Positions 25,123 through 33,591 of a stretch of 33,591 nucleotides of DNA are shown here, piece after piece. Position numbers and translations under genes: made by a program. Each line of letters starts with the position of its first letter. Within the stretch, counting starts at the first letter, position 1. Under the pieces are notes generated by a model, which was not told the DNA's origin, ran no database searches, and saw only the letters and a list, made by a program, of their open reading frames with translations. The stretch is from Burkholderiales bacterium (GTDB lineage: Bacteria > Pseudomonadota > Gammaproteobacteria > Burkholderiales > SG8-39): assembly GCA_919902965.1 (NCBI GenBank), contig CAKKSJ010000276.1, forward strand, positions 1 to 33,591, given 5' to 3'.

Positions 25123-25314
25123 ACTACTTCCCTTGCGAAACGAGGAGTGAGGGATGCAAGGAAACACTTATCGCCGATGCCCATAGTCCTTGCGATGTTA
25201 CAGCAATCCCAGCCTTGCCATGGGTTTTCCATCCGCGCCGGGATGGCGCACCATGGGCCGGTGACAGCCTATGCTAACATCGGTGCAAGCATTGCATTCG
25301 CATTACACGACACT

Positions 25315-26289
25315 ATGCCGCCTAGCCGCTTCGATCTGCTGCGCCTGCTCTCGGACGCGCGCCTGCGTTCCGGCGCCGCCCTGGCGCGCGAACTGGGCAC
25401 CACGCCTGCCGCCATTCAACGCGGGCTGCGCGAACTGCAGGATCTTGGTCTCGAGATGCACCAGCGGGCCGGCCGCGGCTACCGCCTGGCCGAAGCCTAC
25501 GACTGCCTGGACGCCGCCGCAGTGCGCGCGCAGCTCGGCGCGCGGGCGCAGCATTTCCACCTGGAACTGCTCGATACCTGTAGCTCCACCAATACGCTGT
25601 TGCTCGAGCGTGCGCGCAGCGGCGCACCCTCCGGCAGCGTACTGGCCTGCGAACTGCAGAGCGCCGGCCGCGGCCGGCGCGGCAATGACTGGCAATCCGG
25701 TCTGGGCGGCAGTCTCACTTTTTCCCTGCTGTGGCGCTACGCGCAGGGTGCCGCCGGCCTCTCCGGCCTGTCGCTCGCAGCCGGCGTGGCGTGCGCGCGC
25801 GCGCTTGCGTCCCTGGGGATCGCCGGCGTGCAGCTCAAGTGGCCGAACGACCTGCTGCACGCCGGGCGCAAACTGGGCGGGATACTGATCGAGGTGCAGG
25901 GCGGTACGGCGGGCCCCTGCGCGGCGGTGATCGGCATAGGGCTCAACCTGCGCCTGCGCGCGGGCCTGCGCACTGCCATCGCGCAAGCGGTGACCGACCT
26001 TGCCTCGATCGGCGAACAGCTGCCGCAGCGCAACCGCCTGCTTGGCGCCGCGCTGATCGAACTGGAGCAGGTGCTCACGCAATTCGCACGGTACGGGTTT
26101 GCGCCGCTGCGCGAGGAGTGGATGGCGCGCCATGCGCATCAGGGCAGGCCGGTCACGCTTTCCTCGGGCGCGGGCAGGACGATAGCGGGCGTGGCCGCGG
26201 GCGTGGCCGAGGACGGGGCCTTGTTGCTGGATACGGCGTGCGGCCTGGAACGTTTCGTCAACGGCGACGTGTCGCTGCGCGCCGCCTGA
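25315..26289 (+). CDS. birA: Bifunctional biotin-protein ligase/repressor
   Basis: N-terminal HTH (SGAALARELG), STN, QSAGRGRRG..W, KWPND and KLGGIL. Confidence 0.96.
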   Translation: MPPSRFDLLRLLSDARLRSGAALARELGTTPAAIQRGLRELQDLGLEMHQRAGRGYRLAEAYDCLDAAAVRAQLGARAQHFHLELLDTCSSTNTLLLERARSGAPSGSVLACELQSAGRGRRGNDWQSGLGGSLTFSLLWRYAQGAAGLSGLSLAAGVACARALASLGIAGVQLKWPNDLLHAGRKLGGILIEVQGGTAGPCAAVIGIGLNLRLRAGLRTAIAQAVTDLASIGEQLPQRNRLLGAALIELEQVLTQFARYGFAPLREEWMARHAHQGRPVTLSSGAGRTIAGVAAGVAEDGALLLDTACGLERFVNGDVSLRAA

Positions 26290-26399
26290 AACGGGCGCTC
26301 CTTGCGGGCAGGGCGCGCTTGTCGCGCCGCGCCGATTCACGCTAATCTTGTGCATCGCCGGCGCCAGTCTGCGCGGTTCGAGACCAGCATGGAGTACGC

Positions 26400-27905
26400 A
26401 TGAGCAAGCGCTTTGTCATCGCGATGATCAAGCACGAGACGAATACCTTCTCGCCGATCGCGACGCCCTTGTCGGCCTTCGGCCACGGCAACGGGCCGGG
26501 CTACGGCGCGGATGCCGAGGCGGCATTTGCCGGCTCCAACACGCCATTCGCTGCATTTCTGGACATCGCGCGGCGCGAGGGCGCCGAAGCGGTCACGCCG
26601 ATTGCGGCCGAATCCTGGCCCTCGAACATGGCGACGCGCGCCACATTTGAAGCGCTGCTGCAGCCGCTGGAGGAGGCGGTGCGCGCGGGCTGCGACGCGT
26701 GTTTTCTCGATTTGCACGGCGCCATGGTGGTCGAAGGCCATGAGGACGCCGAAGGCGAGATCCTCAAACGCCTGCGCCGCATCCGCGCCGACTTGCCGAT
26801 CGCGGTCACATTCGACTACCACACCAACCTGTCCCCGGATATCGTCGCCAACGCCAGCGTCATCACCGGCTACAAGACCTACCCGCACATCGATATGTAC
26901 GAGGCGGGGATGCGCGCGGGCGACATTCTGGCCAGATCGCTGCGCGGGGAGGCGCGCGTGGCGATGGCCTGGGGCTGGCTGCCGCTGCTGTCTTCGGTCA
27001 TGCGCCACGCGCCCGAGGACGGTCCCTCGGGCGAGATTCTCGATTATGCGCGCGCCATGGAAAAATCAGGCCGCGTGCTCGCTGCCACCCTGCTGCCCGG
27101 CTTCCCGCATGCCGATACGCCTTACACCGGTGTATCCGCCGTGGTCGTGGCCGACGCACTTGCGCACGCGGGGGCCCAGGCCGCGGCGCAGCAGGTGTGC
27201 GAGCGCATGCTCGCCATCGCCTGGGAACGGCGCACCGAATACGTGTTCCATGCCGAGCCGCTGGCGCGATCAGTGGCACGGGCACGCGCCTTGGGCACGA
27301 GCCGCCACGCGGGTCCGATCCTGCTGATCGATCACTGCGACAACTGCGGTTCGGGGGGCAGTCAGGATGTGATGCTGGTGGTGGAGGAGATTCTGCGGCA
27401 GAACCTGGACGATATCGCCATCGGCCCGATCCGCGACCCGCAGGCGGTGGCGCAGATGGTCGCGGCGGGCATAGGCAGCAATGTCACGCTCCTGCTCGGC
27501 GGCAAGACCGACATGCCGGCTATCGGCCTTGCAGGCAGGCCGCTAGAACTCACCGGGCGCGTGCGCAACATCACCGACGGCGAGATTGTGTTCACCGGGC
27601 CGATGTACACCGGGGTGAAAAGCCACCTCGGTCGCACCGCCGTGCTCGACAGCGGGCGTGCGCAGATCGTCGTCACCGAGCGCCATCATGAGCCTTTCGA
27701 CCTGGTGATTTTCCGCCATTGCGGCATCGAGCCGACGAAAAAGAAATTCATCATGCTGAAATCGCGCATCCATTATCGCGCCGGATTCAAGCCGATCGCC
27801 GCGCATATCGTCGAATGCGCCGGCGCCGGCGTTACCAATGCCGACCTGTCGGTTTACAACTACCGCAAGCTGGCGCGGCCGATTTTTCCCCTGGATGCTA
27901 TTTAA
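26400..27905 (+). CDS. M81 family metallopeptidase (MlrC-like)
   Basis: HETNTFSP, LDLHGAM, D.HTN, YKTYPHID, DNCGSG and LKSRIHYRAGF. Confidence 0.92.
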   Translation: MSKRFVIAMIKHETNTFSPIATPLSAFGHGNGPGYGADAEAAFAGSNTPFAAFLDIARREGAEAVTPIAAESWPSNMATRATFEALLQPLEEAVRAGCDACFLDLHGAMVVEGHEDAEGEILKRLRRIRADLPIAVTFDYHTNLSPDIVANASVITGYKTYPHIDMYEAGMRAGDILARSLRGEARVAMAWGWLPLLSSVMRHAPEDGPSGEILDYARAMEKSGRVLAATLLPGFPHADTPYTGVSAVVVADALAHAGAQAAAQQVCERMLAIAWERRTEYVFHAEPLARSVARARALGTSRHAGPILLIDHCDNCGSGGSQDVMLVVEEILRQNLDDIAIGPIRDPQAVAQMVAAGIGSNVTLLLGGKTDMPAIGLAGRPLELTGRVRNITDGEIVFTGPMYTGVKSHLGRTAVLDSGRAQIVVTERHHEPFDLVIFRHCGIEPTKKKFIMLKSRIHYRAGFKPIAAHIVECAGAGVTNADLSVYNYRKLARPIFPLDAI

Positions 27906-27950
27906 GCCCGATTCGCCGTAGAATTAGCGACTCTCCAGTTTCCATTCAGA

Positions 27951-28757
27951 ATGAGCGAAGCCTACAATCTGCTGGTCGACATCGGCAACACCTTCGTCAA
28001 ATGGGGGCGCTATAAGGCGCACTCGAACGCGGCCGCGCATGCGAGCTGCCTCGAATCGGGCCATGCGCTGCTGGAGGAAATCACGGCGCTGGCGCTGCAG
28101 TTGCGCAAGCACCCGGCGCCGGCGCAGATCGTGATTTCGAATGTCGCCGGCACGCGCGTGCGCGCGGCCATGCTGCGCCTGCTCGAGATCTGGCCCGACG
28201 CGCCGCCAGCCTGCTGGGTGATCCCGACAGAGGCGCAATGCGGAGTGAAAAACGGCTACCGCAACCCGGCGCAGCTGGGCAGCGACCGCTGGGCCGCGCT
28301 GATCGGCGCGCGTGCGCTGCATGGGCCGCGCCCGGTGCTGGTGGTGTGCTGCGGCACCGCCACCACCGTCGATCTGCTCACTGCAAGCGGCCAATTCGCC
28401 GGCGGTTGCATCCTGCCGGGCGTCGGCACCATGCTGCGTTCGCTGCACGAGAAAACCGCCGCGCTGCCCGACGCCGATGGGGTGTACACCGAATATCCGG
28501 TGCAGACCGTCGATGCCATCGTCAGCGGCTGTCAGCACGCGCAGGCCGGGGCGGTGGAACGCATTTACGATCTTTATCGGCGCGATCATCCGGATTTGCT
28601 GTGCCTGGTCTCCGGGGGGGCGGCCAAGGCGCTGACCCCGCATCTTTCCATTGTGTTTCGTTACCACGACAATCTGGTGCTCGAGGGACTGCATTGCATC
28701 AGCCGGGCGCCCGCGCAAACCGCGCTGCACGAGCTGCCTGGCGTGAAAAGGGCCTGA
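27951..28757 (+). CDS. coaX: Type III pantothenate kinase
   Basis: LLVDIGNT..KW, Y.NP.QLGSDRW, GTATTVD, GG.ILPG, SGG and LVLEGL. Confidence 0.95.
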   Translation: MSEAYNLLVDIGNTFVKWGRYKAHSNAAAHASCLESGHALLEEITALALQLRKHPAPAQIVISNVAGTRVRAAMLRLLEIWPDAPPACWVIPTEAQCGVKNGYRNPAQLGSDRWAALIGARALHGPRPVLVVCCGTATTVDLLTASGQFAGGCILPGVGTMLRSLHEKTAALPDADGVYTEYPVQTVDAIVSGCQHAQAGAVERIYDLYRRDHPDLLCLVSGGAAKALTPHLSIVFRYHDNLVLEGLHCISRAPAQTALHELPGVKRA

Positions 28758-28760
28758 GCG

Positions 28761-29486
28761 ATGCGCCTCCTGTTTTACATATTGATGCTGGCGAACGCGA
28801 CGTTCTTCGCCTACGGCTGGTTCGGGCCGGGCGCTCAGGCAGGCGGTGACGCCCAAATCATCAGCCAGCAACTCAATCCGGAAAAAATCCGTCTGCTCCG
28901 GCCTGAGCAGGTCGGCACGCTTACGCGCGATCCCGCGGCTGCGAAGCCCGAAGCGGTCAAGCCCGAAGCGGTCAAGCCCGAAGCGGCCAAGCCCGAAGCG
29001 GTGAAGTCCGTTTCGGCATGCCTGGAATGGGGTGCTTTCGGCAACAGCGACTTGGCGCGCGTGGAGCAGGCGCTGGCGCCGCTCGCGCTGGGTGCGAAAC
29101 TGAGCCAGCGCAGGCAGGAGGACATTGCGGGTTTTTGGGTCTATATCGGGCCGCTCGCCAGCCGCCAGTTCGCCGTGCAAAAGGCTGGCGAATTGAAGCG
29201 CCTGGGCGTGGACGACTATTTCATCGTGACGGACGACCCGAAGTGGCGCAACTCGGTTTCCCTGGGCGTGTTCACGACCGAAGACGCGGCGAAGTCCCGC
29301 CTCGCAGCCTTGCGCGCCAAGGGTGTGAGGAGCGCCACCATCGGCGCACGCGAGACGCAACAGGGCCGCACATATTTTCAGGTGCGCGACGCCAATCCGG
29401 GCCTGGTGGCAAAGCTGAACGAATTCAAACAGGGCTACGCGGGCACCGAGCTGCGCGAGTGCGCGGCCGATGAGAAGAAAGGATAG
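28761..29486 (+). CDS. Membrane-anchored SPOR-domain protein
   Basis: N-terminal TM LANATFFA, QLNPEKIRLL, CLEWG.F and SLGVF. Usual position after coaX. Confidence 0.88.
   Translation: MRLLFYILMLANATFFAYGWFGPGAQAGGDAQIISQQLNPEKIRLLRPEQVGTLTRDPAAAKPEAVKPEAVKPEAAKPEAVKSVSACLEWGAFGNSDLARVEQALAPLALGAKLSQRRQEDIAGFWVYIGPLASRQFAVQKAGELKRLGVDDYFIVTDDPKWRNSVSLGVFTTEDAAKSRLAALRAKGVRSATIGARETQQGRTYFQVRDANPGLVAKLNEFKQGYAGTELRECAADEKKG
28944..29003 (+). repeat. In-frame 15-bp tandem repeat, four copies (KPEAV/KPEAA)
   Basis: AAGCCCGAAGCGGTC x2, AAGCCCGAAGCGGCC, AAGCCCGAAGCGGTG. Confidence 0.92.
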
Positions 29487-29494
29487 GCGGCAGG

Positions 29495-30109
29495 ATGTAT
29501 ACGCCCAGGCATAACCAGCTTGAAGACCGCGCTGCGCTGCTCGCTTATATGCGCGCCTATTCCTTCGCCACGCTGACGAGCGCCGGCCCGGCGGGACTGA
29601 CCGCCACGCATCTGCCGTTCGTGATCGAGGCGGCGGGCGGCGAGATCAGGCTGCTCGCGCATATGGCGAAAGCCAATACCCAGTGGCGCGATTTCGAAGC
29701 AGCGCAGGATGCCATGGTGGTATTCATGCAGCCGCACGCCTACGTCTCGCCGCGGCTCTACGACAGCCGGCAGAACGTGCCCACCTGGAACTATGTCGCA
29801 GTGCACGCCTATGGCCGGCCGGTGCTGATCGAGGATCGCGAGGCCAAGCTCGAGCTGCAGAAGCAGCTGATCCGCCAGCACGATGCAGGCTACCTCGAGC
29901 AGATGGCCGGGCTGCCCGAGAGCTACATGAACGCCAAGCTCGCCGCCATCGTTTCCTTCTCCATGCTCGCGACCCGGATCGATGCGCGCTACAAGCTGTC
30001 GCAGGACAAGAATCCTGCCGAGCGCGAGCGCATCGCGCGCGATCTGGAGGCCGGAGGCGACAGCCTAGCTGCCGAAACCGCGCGGCTGATGCGCGAACAC
30101 AATCGCTAA
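29495..30109 (+). CDS. FMN-binding negative transcriptional regulator (PaiB family)
   Basis: MYTP, ATHLPF, HMAKAN.QW, HAYVSP..Y, VPTWNY.AVH.YG and KLSQ. Confidence 0.92.
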   Translation: MYTPRHNQLEDRAALLAYMRAYSFATLTSAGPAGLTATHLPFVIEAAGGEIRLLAHMAKANTQWRDFEAAQDAMVVFMQPHAYVSPRLYDSRQNVPTWNYVAVHAYGRPVLIEDREAKLELQKQLIRQHDAGYLEQMAGLPESYMNAKLAAIVSFSMLATRIDARYKLSQDKNPAERERIARDLEAGGDSLAAETARLMREHNR

Positions 30110-30600
30110 ACTGGCTTGCCCGCGCGTATTCTTTGCAGGGTCGCGCTGGTCGAGCGCTCGAACTCGAACGGGATCGAATGCACCGACCCGCCCCAGGCGC
30201 CCACTTCCTTTGCGCCGACGATGGCCTCGGCTTTCCAGTCACCGCCTTTGACCAGCACGTCCGGGCGGCACGCAAGGATCAGCGCCAGCGGCGTGTCCGC
30301 ATCGAACCAGGTAACCATGTCCACCGCCTGCAAGGCCGCGAGCACCGCCGCGCGGTCCTCGAGGCGGTTGATCGGACGGTCCGCGCCTTTGCCCAGGCGC
30401 CGGGCGGAGGCGTCGCTGTTGGCTGCAACCACGAGGCTCGCGCCCAGGGCGCGCGCCTGCGCAAGGTAGCTCACATGGCCGCGATGCAGGATGTCAAAAA
30501 CGCCGTTGGTGAATACCAGCGGGCGCGCGAGGCTTGCAATGCGGCCGGCAAGTTCTGCCGGATCGCACAGCTTCGCTTCGAATTCGGGCCGCTTGGGCAT
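30106..30600 (-). CDS. rfaE2: D-glycero-beta-D-manno-heptose 1-phosphate adenylyltransferase
   Basis: VFTNGVFDILHRGH, NSDAS..LGKG..RPIN, LVKGGDW and STS. Confidence 0.94.
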   Translation of the reverse strand: MPKRPEFEAKLCDPAELAGRIASLARPLVFTNGVFDILHRGHVSYLAQARALGASLVVAANSDASARRLGKGADRPINRLEDRAAVLAALQAVDMVTWFDADTPLALILACRPDVLVKGGDWKAEAIVGAKEVGAWGGSVHSIPFEFERSTSATLQRIRAGKPV

Positions 30601-30657
30601 GCAGGTGACAGGCGGCAGGCTAGGCGCTGAACCCGCTTTCCTGCCAGGCCGCAAGCA

Positions 30658-31883
<1,226 letters not shown>

Positions 31884-31893
31884 TCATTCTACA

Positions 31894-32274
31894 TCACTCG
31901 ACATACACCTCGAACTCTATGCGTTTGCGCGGATTGCGGTGCGGCTGCAGGCGGCTTACACGGGCGGCCAGGAACTCGCCGCGGTCCATGGCCCAGGCGA
32001 GCGCGGCGTTGTGCGCGCGCGGCACGTAGCCGAGCTTGTGACCCTGCCAGTCCACGCGCACCGCCCGCGTGTCGTAGGCGTTGTCCGGCTCGCGCGCGAG
32101 TTCGAGCGCGTCGCCGATGCGCATGCCGCGCCATAGCGCGGGCGCCTGGTGGTGCTTGAATCCGGCTAGCGGCGAACTTTGCACCAGCAGCCGCACCTGC
32201 TGGGCTGGCGCCGGCCGCGAGGGCAGAACCAGCCCGGCCAGAAGCGCGAGCACGATAACTGCAAGTTTATTCAC
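31894..32274 (-). CDS. HIRAN domain protein with an N-terminal signal-like sequence
   Basis: LAGF.H, L.REPDNAYD.RAV and KLGYVPR..N. The GTG start overlaps the yraN stop. Confidence 0.85.
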   Translation of the reverse strand: MNKLAVIVLALLAGLVLPSRPAPAQQVRLLVQSSPLAGFKHHQAPALWRGMRIGDALELAREPDNAYDTRAVRVDWQGHKLGYVPRAHNAALAWAMDRGEFLAARVSRLQPHRNPRKRIEFEVYVE

Positions 32275-32614
32275 CGAAGGCATCCTTGATCCATTCAATC
32301 CGGTTCGCGGCCAGCGCATCGAGCAAAATGACATCGAAGCGGCAAGCGCGTTCCGGCTTGCCTGCAAGGTAATGACGCGCGGCCATCAGTATGCGTTGAC
32401 GCTTGGCTGCGTTTATGCTCGCTGCCGCGCCGCCGTAGGCGGGATCGCGCCGCAGCCGTACTTCGACGAACACCAGTACCTGCCCGTCGCTCAGCATCAG
32501 GTCGATTTCGCCCAGGCGGCAGCGGTAGTTGCGCTTGATCAGGCGCAGGCCGCGTGCCTGCAGATAGTCCGCCGCCAACGCTTCGGCGCGCTTTCCGTCC
32601 GCCTGGCGCCTCAT
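32267..32614 (-). CDS. yraN: YraN family (UPF0102) putative endonuclease
   Basis: G..AE..A..YL, RNYRCR.GEIDL, LVFVEVR, CRFDV and WIKDAF. Confidence 0.94.
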   Translation of the reverse strand: MRRQADGKRAEALAADYLQARGLRLIKRNYRCRLGEIDLMLSDGQVLVFVEVRLRRDPAYGGAAASINAAKRQRILMAARHYLAGKPERACRFDVILLDALAANRIEWIKDAFGE

Positions 32615-32688
32615 GCTCCGGCCGCCGTTCCGGACCCGGCATCGTCCGCGCTTGCTTCATTACCCGCTGCAACGCACAATCCCATGCC

Positions 32689-33591
32689 ATGGAACAGCGG
32701 GGCAAATCGCGCGGCGCGCAGCGGCAGGACCATGGGGTGCAATCCTCAGGGGGTGCCGGAAAATTATATGTCGTCGCCACGCCAATTGGAAATCTGGGCG
32801 ATATCAGCGCGCGCGCCCTAGCCGTGCTCGCGCAGGCAGACCTGATCGCTGCCGAAGACACGCGCACTACGGGGAATCTGCTCGCCCACCATGGCATTTC
32901 GGCAAAGCTGATCGCCTTGCACGAACATAACGAAGCGCAGCGCGCGGCCGAGCTGGTGGCACGCATCGTTGCAGGCAAAAGCATCGCGCTGGTGAGCGAT
33001 GCCGGCACCCCCGGCATCTCGGATCCGGGAGCGCTGCTGGTCGCGCAGGCGAGGCAGGCGGGGGTCGTGGTCTGCCCGATACCCGGCGCCAATGCGGCGA
33101 TTGCGGCGCTGTCGGCTTCCGGGCTGGTGTCAGCGCGTTTTCTTTTCTACGGTTTCCTGCCGGCGAAAGCCGCGGCGCGGCTGGCGGCGCTGGAGGCGCT
33201 GCGCGAGCACGCTTGCGCTCTCGTATTTTATGAGGCGCCGCACCGTGTGATGGAGTGCGTCGCTGCGCTCGCCGGGGTATTGGGCGGGGAGCGCGACATC
33301 GTAATTGCGCGCGAACTGACCAAATTGTTCGAGACCATCCACTGCTGCCGACTGGATGAGGCGGGTGCCTGGCTCGCAGAAGACGCCAACCGGCAACGGG
33401 GAGAGTTCGTCTTGATAGTCTCAGGCGCCCAGGCAGCGGCGCCTGAAGGCTTGTCGGCCGAGTCCGAACGGATTCTGCGCCTGCTGCTGGCGGAGTTGCC
33501 GCTGAAGCAGGCGGCGGCGCTAGCCGCCGCGATTACCGGCGCGCGCAAGAATGAGCTGTATGCGCGCGCGCTCGCGCTGCGGGAGGACTAG
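32689..33591 (+). CDS. rsmI: 16S rRNA (cytidine1402-2'-O)-methyltransferase
   Basis: LYVVATPIGNL.D, AAEDTR, VSDAGTPGISDPG, FYEAPHR and ARELTK.FE. The start codon is uncertain. Confidence 0.96.
   Translation: MEQRGKSRGAQRQDHGVQSSGGAGKLYVVATPIGNLGDISARALAVLAQADLIAAEDTRTTGNLLAHHGISAKLIALHEHNEAQRAAELVARIVAGKSIALVSDAGTPGISDPGALLVAQARQAGVVVCPIPGANAAIAALSASGLVSARFLFYGFLPAKAAARLAALEALREHACALVFYEAPHRVMECVAALAGVLGGERDIVIARELTKLFETIHCCRLDEAGAWLAEDANRQRGEFVLIVSGAQAAAPEGLSAESERILRLLLAELPLKQAAALAAAITGARKNELYARALALRED

Noticed and set aside
24508-25314. Apparent 269-aa N-terminal extension of BirA
   Set aside because: It overlaps ugpB on the opposite strand. BirA homology begins at ATG 25315.
27924-29360. 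478-aa minus-strand ORF with RFGLD repeats
   Set aside because: It is antisense to coaX and the SPOR gene. The repeats are the reverse reading of the KPEAV VNTR.

Overview
A GC-rich window that looks betaproteobacterial (birA-coaX-SPOR and rsmI-yraN-gmhA-BON gene order). From left to right: (1) a partial ugpB with a PHO-box-like promoter, a small Rho-N-like protein and a Gln-type thiol dioxygenase; (2) a putative Na+/H+ antiporter (DUF1504-like) with a divergent MASE1 kinase/FixJ-type two-component system, flanked by a decayed copy of the 5' end of the downstream MFS gene; (3) MFS, cbiX and a soxCD-less sulfur-oxidation cluster (dsrE-like, soxYZAXB, soxH-like); (4) a SnoaL protein, a frameshifted YheT hydrolase and algC; (5) a ~4.7 kb integron-type gene-cassette array with no integrase in the window, lying between the convergent algC and ugpQ. 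Its cassettes are a methyltransferase, a mandelate racemase, a GNAT remnant, SRPBCC, GNAT, a C39-like peptidase, an Asp/Glu racemase and a GFA remnant. Its attC-like sites repeatedly carry CTT/AAG where GTT/AAC is normally invariant, which is the most unusual signal here; (6) a decayed second ugp operon (ugpB, ugpC remnant, DUF4442, ugpQ); (7) housekeeping genes interrupted by an M81 peptidase and by a HIRAN protein with an apparent signal peptide. No rRNA, tRNA, CRISPR array, transposase or integrase was recognised. All family calls come from motif recognition by eye, not from database searches.
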